Source: Nemertoderma westbladi (Eukaryota > Animalia > Xenacoelomorpha). From it: a stretch of DNA of 64,000 bases. How positions within the stretch are numbered: position 1 is the stretch's first letter; each line of letters starts with the position of its first letter. The DNA lies in NCBI GenBank assembly GCA_032718475.1, contig JAUCBJ010005741.1, forward strand, positions 62,001 to 126,000. Reading direction: 5' to 3'. Below, in pieces: positions 50,401-62,981 of the stretch. The position numbers and the translations under genes are program-made. The notes below the pieces were generated by a model, which saw nothing but the letters and a program-made list of their open reading frames with translations, searched no databases and was not told the origin of the DNA.

Positions 50401-51252
50401 AAGTCTAGTATTTGCTATTTCATTTTATGAAAATGTTCTAGAACATGTTAGCTATCCATAAATATATATATATATGTTCTAGAAAAAATAGTTTTTGTTC
50501 TAGAACAATTTAAAAAAAAATTAAAAAAATTAATGTACTATTTTTATTTTTTAATAATGTTCTAGAACGTGTTAGCTATTCAGAACTAGAAAAAAAAAGT
50601 TCTAGAACAAATAGTTTTTGTTCTAGAACAGTTCAAAAATAATTTTTTTTAAATTTTATTTAGAATTTGTTTCATATAATTTTTAATCGTTGCTGGCAAG
50701 ATGGGTTTGGGGGGGGGGGGGGGGGTTAGCTAGTACTTTTTTAATTAAAATCTTAATTAAAATTAACAAAATTCACTGTATTGAAGGCATTACTGTATAT
50801 ACAGAAATTAATGATAGGCCTATGCTTAGAATACTTAGGCCTATACTGTATAATATTTATTATTTAGAGGACAGCGGGTAATATTTTCTGATCAAATCCA
50901 ACAGAGCAGAAAATGGGAATTCTTTGTGTAGAAGCTTTCCAACGAAACTCAGCTAGTTGTTGGGCGAAAGTCAAATCTTAGCTATAGAAATTCGATTATT
51001 CTAGAAAATTCAATTTCCTTGACATCAAATAAAACATAACTAACAAAAAATAAAATTTGTAAGCTTTTTTTAAAATTTGTTCTAGAACAAAAAATATTTT
51101 TTCTAGAACATTTTATTATTTTTTTTCAAATGTATCTCATGTTCTAGAACATTTCATAAAAATAAATAGCAAAAACTAGCTAGTAAAAAAAATTTGAGGG
51201 GGATGTACCTATAACACACTAGACTAAAATGGGCGGAACTATAGTATAAGTA

Positions 51253-51556
51253 CAAAATGTAGCCACGGGTGGAACTATAAGAACAAAATGTAGCCACGGG
51301 CGGAACTATGAGAACAAAATGTAGCCACGGGCGCAACTATGAGAACAAAATGTAGCCACTGGCTGAACTATAACAACAAAATGTAGCCACGGGCGGAACT
51401 ATACGAACAAAATGTAGCCACGGGCGGAACTATAAGAATAAAATGTAGCCACGGGCGGAACTATAAGAACAAAATGTAGCCACGTGCGGAACTATAAGAA
51501 TAAAATGTAGCCACGGGCGGAACTATAAGAACAAAATGTAGCCACGTGCGGAACTC
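51253..51556. repeat. 31-bp tandem repeat, ~10 copies
   Basis: caaaatgtagccacgggcggaactataagaa units. Confidence 0.92.
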
Positions 51557-51713
51557 CAATCATTTAATTTAAGTACAATTTTTTTACTAGCTAATTAAAT
51601 CTACTAGCTAACAAAAACACTAGTAAACTAAAATTACTCAGATTGAACTAAGGTAAGTATTAGATAGTATTCAACTTCAAAAATTATTTAAAAAATCATA
51701 GTAAAACAATTGG

Positions 51714-51766
51714 TACCACAGAGTAGTTTGCCATGTCGACTCGACATGGCGAACTACTCTGTGGTA
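51714..51766. repeat. Near-perfect palindrome (26-bp arms, 1-nt spacer)
   Basis: taccacagagtagtttgccatgtcga-c-tcgacatggcgaactactctgtggta; the single mismatch is G:T. Confidence 0.9.
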
Positions 51767-51943
51767 TCCCTCTGTAAAAAGAACAAAGTTGCTTCAGCTT
51801 TGCTTGCTTGTCTGTCTAACTAGTTTACCAGAACAGTAATTTGTGCCTGTTGCGTTAAATACTGGTGTATCGTATGGTAGATACCGCATTCCGCCGTCTG
51901 CACCATACCGAAAATGCATTTAAATACAAGTTAGAACAGCTAG

Positions 51944-54808
51944 CGGCATGTACCGGTGCTGCAAGCAACTGCTAATGCTACAAAAATTGGGCACCAAGGC
52001 CGGCCAAACGTACTGAAACAACGACGTATAATTATGGCACTTATTGTTCTAGTGGCAGTGGCGACGGCAGCAGGTGTGATCGGGTTGATTCTTTAGCTGG
52101 TAAATCAAGCCAATGTGAATGATTTGGGGATATCTACATCAACACCCCCAAATACCACTGGCACCGCTATTGGTGATGAGTCTATCACAGACAGTACCAC
52201 TATACTGAGTTATTCAGCACCAACAGTACCAGTACTGGAGAGGTATCAGCTACCGAGACCGAGAGGACCAGTACTGGAGAGGTATCAGCTACCGAGACCG
52301 AGAGGACCAGTACTAGTGAGGTACCAGCTACCGAGACCGAGAGGACCAGTACTAGTGAGGTATCAGCTACCGAGAGGACCAGTACTAGATAGGTACCAGC
52401 TACCGAGACAGAGAGGACCAGTACTAGTGAGGTATCAGCTACCGAGACCGAGAGGACCACTACTAGTGAGGTACCAGCTACCGAGAGGACCAGCACTAGT
52501 GAGGTATCAGCTACCGAGAGGACCAGTACTAGTGAGGTACCAACTACCGAGACCGAGAGGACCAGTACTAGTGAGGTATCAGCTACCGAGACCGAGAGGA
52601 CCACTACTAGTGAGGTACCAGCTACCGAGAGGACCAGCACTAGTGAGGTATCAGCTACCGAGAGGACCAGTACTAGTGAGGTACCAACTACCGAGACCGA
52701 GAGGACCAGTACTAGTGAGGTATCAGCTACCGAGACCGAGAGGACCACTACTAGTGAGGTATCAGCTACCGAGAGGACCACTACTAGTGAGGTATCAGCT
52801 ACCGAGAGGACCAGTACTAGTGAGGTATCAGCTACCGAGACCGAGAGGACCAGTACTAGTGAGGTATCAGCTACCGAGAGGACCAGTACTAGTGAGGTAT
52901 CAGCTACCGAGACCGAGAGGACCAGTACTAGTGAGGTATCAGCTACCGAGAGGACCAGTACTAGTGAGGTATCAGCTACCGAGACCGAGAGGACCAGTAC
53001 TAGTGAGGTATCAGCTACCGAGACCGAGAGGAACACTACTAGTGAGGTACCAGCTACCGAGAGGACCAGCACTAGTGAGGTATCAGCTACCGAGAGGACC
53101 AGTACTAGTGAGGTATCAGCTACCGAGACCGAGAGGACCAGTACTAGTGAGGTATCAGCTACCGAGAGGACCAGTACTAGTGAGGTATCAGCTACCGAGA
53201 GGACCAGTACTAGTGAGGTACCAGCTACCGAGAGGACCACTACTAGTGAGGTATCAGCTACCGAGAGGACCAGTACTAGTGAGGTACCAGCTACCGAGAC
53301 CGAGAGGACCAGTACTAGTGAGGTATCAGCTACCGAGAGGACCAGTACTAGTGAGGTATCAGCTACCGAGACCGAGAGGACCAGTACTAGTGAGGTATCA
53401 GCTACCGAGACCGAGAGGAACACTACTAGTGAGGTACCAGCTACCGAGAGGACCAGCACTAGTGAGGTATCAGCTACCGAGAGGACCAGTACTAGTGAGG
53501 TACCAACTACCGAGACCGAGAGGACCAGTACTAGTGAGGTATCAGCTACCGAGACCGAGAAGACCACTACTAGTGAGGTATCAGCTACCGAGAGGACCAC
53601 TACTAGTGAGGTATCAGCTACCGAGAGGACCAGTACTAGTGAGGTACCAGCTACCGAGAGGACCAGTACTAGTGAGGTACCAGCTACCGAGAGGACCACT
53701 ACTAGTGAGGTATCAGCTACCGAGAGGACCACTACTAGTGAGGTATCAGCTACCGAGAGGACCACTACTAGTGAGGTATCAGCTACCGAGAGGACCAGTA
53801 CTAGTGAGGTACCAGCTACCGAGAGGACCAGTACTAGTGAGGTACCAACTACCGAGACCGAGATGACCAGTACTAGTGAGGTACCAGCTACCGAGAGGAC
53901 CACTACTAGTGAGGTATCAGCTACCGAGAGGACCAGTACTAGTGAGGTACCAGCTACCGAGAGGACCAGTACTAGTGAGGTACCAACTACCGAGACCGAG
54001 ATGACCAGTACTAGTGAGGTATCAGCTACCGAGAGGACCAGTACTAGTGAGGTACCAGCTACCGAGACCGAGAGGACCAGTACTAGTGAGGTATCAGCTA
54101 CCGAGACCGAGAGGACCAGTACTAGTGAGGTATCCGCTACCGAGACCGTGAGGTATCAGCCACAACGAGTACGGCTTGTACAGCAATGTTAATCTCCAAG
54201 GAGGATGTCTTTTATCGGTCGTTTATCGAATGCGATATAAATGAACCAACAACATGTGCACCCTATGATGTTATAGAACCCTAAGCGATCAGCTGACAGA
54301 ATCCGAGCAATATACCGTCGATATCGGAAATGATCTCTTTTTTGGAGAAATTAACCTCGAGAAACTGAGATGCGATCGTGAATGGATTATAGTTTATAGA
54401 CGAATCGCCAACACCCGCAGAAACTTTTGGGATAAAGGTAATTATTACTACAATGGATTCGGAGATTCCAATAGAAGTTACTTCCTGGGCCTGGGCAATA
54501 TCTATCCACTGACAGAGAATAGAGATTGTATTATAAAGACCAACTTTGGTATATCGATGGGACTATACAGAAACTTTACTCTGGGGCGGTTTACAATTGA
54601 TTATCTTCTATCGATCACAAGTTATAACGAGGAGTCCAATACCGGCGGGGTATCTGATACAGAAAGAGACTACGATCTCTCTGTTCGCAACAAGACGCTG
54701 AATGAAACGAAAGGATGGTGGAATGGCGACGCACCTCCCCCAAGTGAATGGGAACCGAAAAATGAAACTATTGAGATGAAGCTGAAATGCCTGAAAAGGA
54801 AAACCTAG
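51944..54808 (+). pseudogene. Intronless membrane-anchor / mucin-stalk / fibrinogen-related-domain (FReD) gene, disrupted, antisense within a Mask intron
   Basis: KQRRIIMALIVLVAVATAAGVIGLIL* hydrophobic segment (~52016-52100), then (RTSTSEVSATE)n. Frame 54284-54808 reads RCDREWIIVYRR..FW..YYNGFGD..YFLGLGNIYPLT..Y.NF.LG..YLL..GWW..W..EMK. Confidence 0.7.
52225..54150 (+). repeat. 33/39-bp tandem repeat encoding Ser/Thr-rich mucin-like units in one frame
   Basis: gaggaccagtactagtgaggtatcagctaccga with an optional extra gaccga; unit lengths are multiples of 3. Confidence 0.95.
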
Positions 54809-55193
54809 AAAACATTCGATATTAAACTGAAACACATAAAGTAACAAACTGTACAGTAGCAGTAGGTAACGTAACTAACATTATAATATTCAACAAAGAT
54901 TAATAAGAACAATAACAGAACAGAAATAGTTCGACCAACATGTTTTAATAATATCCTCTGTGTTACAATAAATATATGAACGGCACTGCCGTAGGTCGTG
55001 TGACCTCTGTTGGGAAAGCCGGTTCCAGGAACTGAGGTAGGAATCCCATAAAGGATAGATGGAACCTGTAGACCCAATGGGTAGGCCTAACCCATGGGTT
55101 CCTTCCAACACATATACCCAACGGGTAACCCATGGGTTACATCCAACCCATAGACCCAAGGGGTAACCCATGGGTTACATCCAACCCGTCACA

Positions 55194-55250
55194 ACTACTA
55201 CGATCGGCATACTGCATTGCAGCTGCATTATATATATAGTACATATATAC
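55194..55250 (-). mobile_element. RTE 3' tail copy (probably belongs with the fragment at 58317-58513)
   Basis: actactacgatcggcatactgcattgcagctgcattatatata is close to the reverse complement of ~44855-44897. Confidence 0.55.
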
Positions 55251-55556
55251 TAGAAAGCCAGCAAGCTGGCTGGAAGGAGCCCGGGGGAAAAATCCTAGCT
55301 AATTACAGATAACTATGTCAGTCAGCAGTAAGTAAACTAAAATTGTCTAAACTGCAAGGCATGAGGCTAGCTGACTTTGTGGCTCGCCCCACATAATAAA
55401 AAATGCAACTTAGCTACCACTAACAAAAATATAATATGAAGCAAATAATTTCATTATCAAGCATGTTTACAAGATATAAGATACGATTACCGAATATTTA
55501 TAAAAAATGCCCTTGATGCACAACCAGATAAATAACAACGAATAGAGCCAAATAAC

Positions 55557-57365
55557 ATAATTTATTACCAGGTTATTTAGTTATTTTACGAGTTATTTAC
55601 CCGAGGGACATGTTATAGACCCGAGGCGAAGCCGAGGGTTTATAACTGGCCCGAGGGTAAATAATGAGGAAAATAACTAAATAACCTGGTAATAAGTGAG
55701 TTATTAACCAATTTTACCAGGTTTCCCACATTTCTAAAAGGGCTTTAGTTTGGGGGCAGAAGTATTAAAATGGGGCTTGGATATTTTGGGGGTACAAATA
55801 TAATATATTTTCAATTTTGTAATTCTTTATGTGTATTATATTTTATTTCAAGACGGTTATTATTCCCTGGGGAGAAATATCTGAATTGGTGATGAATATC
55901 ACCGACATTCATGTCCCGCATTTCCTGTCCAGTTCGACAACTAAAGTACATGCATAATAAGCAATAAAGAGTATTGATAACATAAGTGGTGTACACATCC
56001 AATTAGCCCCTTCTCCTTCAAAATTTTAAAATCGTCCACATCTAAGGCCTCACTTGTAGAATCTCATTATCAGCTTCATCCATCAGTGTCAACTGATCCC
56101 TATCCAATTGAATCTCTAATACATCTAAACATCCCGCCACCATATATCCACCCCCACCCAGTCCATCCCGCCACCGCCACCATCTTGTCAAGAAAGAATT
56201 CGCTTGCGGGGCGAGCCACGAAGTGAGCGAAGCCTTAGCATATATATGGGTGTCATTAACGAGTTGCCTGTCGTCGTCGTCTGTCGTCGTCGTAAATTTT
56301 TGATCGCTAATAACTCGGTCATTCCTTGTTTAAATTAAACGAAACTTGGTACGTATATACGTACAGTAGTCCGGCAAAAGTTTAGAAAGAATCGGAATTT
56401 TGTTAGAAAACGAACGAACGTAACGAGGCAAATTACCGACAGACAACTCGTTAATGGGCCCCCTATATGCTAAGGCTTTGCTCACGTCGTGTTGCGCGAA
56501 CACCCCACGAACGTTTAAGTTCAACTTAGATTATATACTGTAGTATATATATTTTATAGAGTTTAACTAAGTTAAACTATATCTACGGTAGGCACTAGTG
56601 TAGCCTGTGTGACCATATTTGAACTTTAAAAAATACTGTATTTTTTTGTCTTTTGTTATTGTTTTCTAAAACATTAGTATAGGCCTATATGTTTTTTATG
56701 GTAGCTCTGTAATGTTTTTTTACTAGTGTATGTATTTTTAAATTATTATAAAAAATATGTGATAACATTGGTATTTCAGGTTTAAACAGTTATTGCTGAC
56801 CAAAAAATATGACCAAAAATATTAATGATATTTATTGTAATAGGGTTACATTTTTTTATTTTCAAAAAATACTAGCTAGTAATCTACTAGCTACCATTGA
56901 AAATATCTGCTAAGGTTCTAGAACATTCACCAATATTAAAAAACACCAAAAAAACAATATTACTTTTTTTTCAAGATATACTAGCTAGTAAAAAAAACAC
57001 TAGCTAACATAAAAAATATCGGCACTACTGAACTTAAGGGCCCCAAAATTGACTGGAACCAAACAAATAATATTGCAAAGGAGATTCAGGTGATGGTATA
57101 TTTTTTAGCATCATTTACGTTTTTAAATATTTAACTGCAATTGTAACAATACATATTCTAGAATGTCTATTTTACTACAATTAAACTAAACAAATTAGTA
57201 CCGCTAGTAAGCTTACTGCATGTACTGATCTGACAGTGATACAGAATGGTTACTCAGCAGTTATTATTCCCCGGGAAAGAATAACTCAGCAATAGAACTC
57301 TATGTTAATCTAGTTATTTTTAATAAGTAATAATATCGGAAAAACCCGATTAATTGGTTAATAAC
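55557..57365. mobile_element. Non-autonomous element with a ~140-bp terminal palindrome centred on GCGAAGC and an internal inverted-repeat pair
   Basis: ttattaccaggttatttagttatttt..ttatttaccc..cccgaggcgaagccgaggg..gggtaaataa..aaaataactaaataacctggtaataa; gttattaaccaatt (55700) is inverted as aattggttaataac (57352). Confidence 0.55.
56195..56510 (+). mobile_element. Helentron-associated (DINE-1/HINE-like) non-autonomous element
   Basis: gagcgaagccttagcatat (~56224) is inverted as atatgctaaggctttgctc (~56465); (GTC)n microsatellite at ~56270-56293; 3' hairpin gtgtt-gcgcg-aacac. Confidence 0.55.
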
Positions 57366-58316
57366 AAATTTAGTTTCCTTCTATAGGTATTACCCCGTCG
57401 TCATGCGGAATATCTCTTCCCAGTGAATCCTATGTGAATATGTAATATAGGTATTCCTGCTAAGTTAGGCAGTAGGCCAGAGCGGGCTCCTTAAATACAT
57501 GCAACTACTGTATCATAGTGTAGCCTGAACCTGAATAATTATCAGTCAGACAGTCAGTGTTATATATCCTGAGATTTTTACAGATATTACAGAAAGTATC
57601 CCTGAGATTCTTACAGTAAGTATCCCGCAGTCAAGCGGGCTCCTAACTAGTGACGGGCCTAGCGGCCCGATAAGAAACCGACTTTTTATTTAAAATAAAA
57701 GAGACAATGAGAAATAGTATAGAACTACATAATTATGTAAAATTACAATTATATGTCATACAATAAGACTAAGAAACCCGATTAATTACTAGTTGCTTAA
57801 TTCTGGAACAAAATCAACCTGCAAATAGTGAAGACCTTGTTTTGGAATTTTGAAACCATGCTGGTCCGATGCGCGACAACGAGTTTGGTTAATAAATTGA
57901 AAACTCCATTAATTCATATACACCCAGTAATAAGAAATCCTTAAAAATGTAATTAAATACAAATTATTCTAGAAAAATTTCCTCAAAAAGTATGAAGTCT
58001 TGGCATTGGTGACTTGAAACTAGGCTAGTGAGATTCAGGATATTGCGTTTAATATAAAAATCGAAAACCCCATCGAATTCCGTAAAGGCGTTGATAAAAT
58101 ATTGCAACTTTTTTGAAATTAGTAAAATTCTAGAACTAAAAAAAATAATTTTTGAACGGCGCTGTTTGGGGTTTCGAAACATGGATAGGCTGAAAGGGGA
58201 CATCGAATTAAGTTGAAAACTAAAAACCCCATCGAATTTGGACCAAGCGTTCCGGAGTTATAGCGGATCGAAAAAATTTACCCCCCCCCCCCCCCCCCTC
58301 TGTTGCATCCCTACTA

Positions 58317-58513
58317 TCCACCATGATTATTCGCTCCATGAGACCGCCAGAGCACAAGATTATGCACTGCCTGGTCCTCAAGGCGAAAACAATGTCCTGC
58401 AAAGCGGAAGCGATTCCGTTCAAGTGTCAAGCTAGGGGAGACTAATGTAACACCTTAAATGTTGTATAGAGTTTGATTGGAGATGTGTTCATTGTACTTG
58501 ACACAATGAACCC
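58317..58513 (-). mobile_element. RTE fragment (same family as the insert in pol and 44247-44900)
   Basis: Matches ~14325-14518 on the plus strand (cacaagattatgcactg..gtcctgcaaagcgga..tgtacttgacacaatgaaccc). Confidence 0.8.
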
Positions 58514-58706
58514 CACAAAACACAATGAATGTATTCTGTCCACTGTCTTATTTTTGTTGTCGTTGTTGTTAAAAGGGTTTAAACAAAGTGGGGCAGGGTA
58601 TTCGTATCATCGTATGTAATATAAATTTCATAAATAAGCAAGTTGTAGTTCAGAGGACATTACGAGTCAATTTTAAAACAAAATGTTTATCAGTTAGGCA
58701 ATTATG

Positions 58707-59716
58707 ATCAAGGTCAGTAGGCCACCAGAGAAGGCTCAAGGTCAGTAGGCCACCGGAGTAGGCTCAAGGTCAGTAGGCCACCTGAGTAGGCTCAAGGTCA
58801 GTAGGCCACCGGAGTAGGCTCAAGGTCAGTAGGCCACCGGAGTAGGCTCATGGTCAGTAGGCAACCGGAGTAGGCTCAAGGTCAGTATGCCACCGGAGTA
58901 GGATCAAGGTCAGTAGGCCACCGGAGTAGGCTCATGGTCAGTATGCCACCGGAGTAGGCTCAAGGTCAGTAGGACACCAGAGAAGGCTCATGGTCAGTAT
59001 GCCACCGGAGTAGGCTCAAGGTCAGTATGCCACCGGAGTAGGCTCAAGGTCAGTAGGCCACCGGAGTAGGCTCATGGTCAGTAGGCCACCGGAGTAGGCT
59101 CATGGTCAGTATGCCACCGGAGTAGGCTCCAGGTCAGTAGGTCACCGGAGTAGGCTCAAGGTCAGTAGGCCACCAGAGAAGGTTCATGGTCAGTAGGCAA
59201 CCGGAGTAGGCTCAAGGTCAGTATGCCACCGGAGTAGGCTCATGGTCAGTAGGCACTTGGAGTAGGATCAAGGTCAGTAGGCCACCAGAGAAGGCTCATG
59301 GTCAGTATGCCATCGGAGTAGGCTCAAGGTCAGTCAGTAGGCCACCAGAGAAGGCTCATGGTCAGTAGGCAACCGGAGTAGGCTCAAGGTCAGTATGCCA
59401 CCGGAGTAGGCTCAAGGTCAGTAGGCCACCAGAGAAGGCTCATGGTCAGCATGCCACCGGAGTAGGCTCAAGGTCAGTATGCCACCGGAGTAGGATCAAG
59501 GTCAGTAGGCCACCGGAGTTGGCTCATGGTCAGTAGGCCACCAGAGAAGGCTTATGGTCAGCAGGCCACTGGAGTAGGCTCAAGGTCAGCAGGCCACTGG
59601 AGTAGGCTCAAGGTCAGTAGGCCACCGGAGTAGGCTCATGGTCATTATGCCACCGGAGTAGGCTCAAGGTCAGTAGGCCACTGGAGTAGGCTCAAGGTCA
59701 GTATGCCACCGGAGAA
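58707..59716. repeat. 28-bp minisatellite, ~36 copies, intronic
   Basis: Unit caaggtcagtaggccaccggagtaggct. Confidence 0.95.
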
Positions 59717-60475
59717 GTGATGATGTGGTTGGAGTGGAGTGAATGGATGAATCCCCACATCAGACCAATGACTATAAATTTGCCCAGAGAAATAGAACCT
59801 TGCGATTGTCAAATAACACAAATATTGTTGTTACGATTTTGACATGTCAATAACTTTGTCGGATTTAAATCTGTGGAGTTGAAATTTTGTAGGCATCAAT
59901 AGGACCAAAAGTGGAAACCTTCTACCATCCCCGAAATTGTATCTGTTTTTTTAAGCTGAATCTTGGCATATATGTAGTAAACCGACATATGTACTGTACT
60001 AGACCACATGTTGCACTAGATACTACACCACATGTTGCTCTTTGTAATCCTTTTCCCATTTCATTATTTAAATCTGAAATAAAAATCTTCAGCCATTTCG
60101 TATTATTGTTTATAATCCTTTCTTCCTGATTGCTACCTGGGCCAAGCAAGACCTCCGCCTGCCCAGTTACCCAGTCTGCCGCTGGGGGAAAAAGAGATTA
60201 CGGGACATCTGCTTCTACTTTCTTAGAATTTTTTCGAGTTGACATTTAACATAAGTTTATGTCACATGCTGCGCGAAGGCCCTGCTTCGTGTTTATTACA
60301 AACAAGATAAACCCAGCTTTATTAATAAATCTAAACAGATCCAATGCCAAAATGACATCTGAAATGAAATAGTCAACAAACATATACCCAAGGGCGACAT
60401 GGAGGAGAGAGCTATGCTAAATATACCATAAATGGAAAATAAATTTAATCGTAAATTAATATATAACAAAGTTAC

Positions 60476-61684
60476 CTGTGCCTGGGGGTAATTAAACATC
60501 ATGTCTCTTTCATTAACAGAACTGATCGGGACTTTATTTCCCGTCCCAGAATCGCTTTCAACCCCGACTGCGATGTTGGAAGCCAAATTCAACTGACTTA
60601 ACAGAAATATGGGTTCTTCTTCCTCGGTATCTCCACCCTTTACCGTCCTGGGGGCGGGGGATCGAGGAGGGGGCGGGACCCCCAACGGAGGGGGCGGGGC
60701 AGCCAACGCGAACGGACTGAGAGGGGCATCTGGGGGCGGGGGGGCGTGGTACATGCCGAGCATGGTCTGCTGCTCTTGGAGAAAGGCCTGCGAGTCGAGG
60801 GACACGGGCAGATGGGCTCCGCCCGTCTGGTTGAACTGCTGGGTAACCTGGTTCGCGTAGGAGGCGGCCAGACTCAGCTGCTGCTGATACGCCGCCACGT
60901 AGTTCTGGTGCACGATGTTGGCCATTGTCTCGGGGTCGAGGTTAGCGGCGGGTATCTTTACGGTGACGCTGGTGCTGGTTATGGTGGCGGTGGTCGCGTT
61001 AGCCGGCGGTAGGGGAGGGGGTGGGGGCTGGGCGGCGGTGGGCACAGGTGGCAACGGTACCGCTAGATCCTTCCCCACCGACTGACAGCATGTGTAGTCC
61101 AACAAGGAGCGCGCCACCAGCGTGTGGCCCCCCTTAGCCGCCTCTATGAGGGCGGTAGACCCGTCCTTCAGTTTGAGTAATGGGTCCGCGCCGTGCCCAA
61201 TAAGCAGCTGGACTACAGTAACATGACCACCGGCGCAGGCCAACGACAGCACGGCGTGGTCCCCGCTCTGTGTGCTGCGGTTAACGTCCGCCCCTTTACT
61301 AATCAGGTACTGCACGGTGCACAGATGCCCAGCGCGCGCCGCCTTCATCAACGGGGTGCGCCCTCCCTCACTTTCGTGCTCTAACTTCGCGCCCGCACTT
61401 ATCAACGTCTCCGCTACGTCTGTGTGTCCGTTCTCGCACGCAAACGTCAACGCGGTATCGTTGGTTGCTGTCGTCGCGTCCACATTAGCACCCTGCAGCA
61501 GAAGGAAGCGAACCAACTCTACGTGGCCCTGGTGGGAGGCCTCCATTAGCGCCGTGGAGCAGCCCTGCTCGATGTTGGCCCCCGATGATAGGAGAACGTT
61601 GGAAACCTCCAGGAACCCCCCGTAACACGCGAGTGTCAGGGCCGTCTCCTGGGTAACTTCCGTCTGTGCGTTTACTTTGGCTCC
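60476..61684 (-). CDS. ANKHD1: Mask/ANKHD1 exon (end of first ankyrin cluster + Pro/Gln-rich linker)
   Basis: Acceptor ttgcag|GGA at 61684 and donor CAG|GTAAC at 60476. Motifs NAQTEVTQETALTLAC, EHESEGGRTPLMKAARAGH and EAAKGGH. Confidence 0.9.
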
Positions 61685-62981
61685 CTGCAACGAAAACAAA
61701 CTTAGTTTATTTATTACAACTCACGTGATTTATTACATGAGATTATTAGCCATTAAGATAATTTAGTACATAAGGATTAGGAGTATACTTTAATTATATT
61801 CGAACACCAAGATGACACACCGCACATGTTCATGTTTGACGCGTAAAATTAATTGGTTCCTATAGAATTACCCGTACAAAAGTTGTATTGTTTCCCATAC
61901 CGTTATGGATTCCAAAACACAACGTTTGTCTTTTAGAAATAACAGCATAGGAAATTGTGTGAATAAAAATTTTCTTATCGTGAAAGAGTTACATATTAAG
62001 GATGAAAGCCAGGGTTGAGCTAGGCTGCAGCCTTTAAAGCACTATGCCCAAACAGTGCTGCCCCACCCTGTGCCCCCTAATTGGAAGCCGAGGAATGTCA
62101 CTATCAATAAACAGTGGGTACTGTGAGTGGTGAGATATTTATCAAAAACCGGTTAATAATTACAAAAAATAGAGCTGAAATTTGTAATTAATATGAAAAT
62201 ATAATTACCGGTATTACCTATGTACCGTATATTGTATTAATTTGAAATGTTTAACATAATATTTTTTATGTTATTATTATTATGTTTACCGGTAATCGAA
62301 CACTGAACAATAGTTTGGCTCAGGAGTTCATAATATACGATTTTAAAAATCAGTACAGAGTTTAAATGTTATGTTAAGTTCCATGTCATCCTTATAGTTG
62401 ATCCTGGCTCCTGGCATTAATAATTAATATGACCGGAAGTTGTCCAAAAACCAAACTAAATAATGTTGTATATATCTACTGGGTACTTATATAAATATTT
62501 ATTTAAATTATATTTTTTCAATAAATAAATATATATATATTATATATATATACCACTTAGTTACTTAAAAATAGCTAATATTTTCAGATTTTAAGGTTTA
62601 ACGTAACCCTTTTCAAGCATTCTAGAATTTAAATATAGCTCAAGGTGTATTCAAACTTTTTGCACAAATATTGGATTTAAATCTTTAAAAATCTACTATC
62701 AAAATTTAATTTTATAATTAATTTAATTTTAATAAAAATAATTTATCGAAACCTTTTGTAATAATATATTCTATATATATTTTGATTATTAAAACATTGT
62801 TGTCAATCTCGGTTTTATTAAATTTTTTAACGACTCTTCATACCCCGTTATATTATATATAAAGTATATATTTAAGTAAATATATTTATATAAACAATAT
62901 TTTAGAAAAGGCAACAAAACCTATTAATTCGATGAACTAATAATGTATAAAACCAAATCTCCAATATCGTCCATATCTTAC

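Noticed and set aside
52115-53903. 583-aa (RGPVLVRYQLP)n and 567-aa antisense ORFs
   Set aside because: Alternative frames of the repeat; the Ser/Thr mucin frame is the one that fits the flanking TM and FReD segments.
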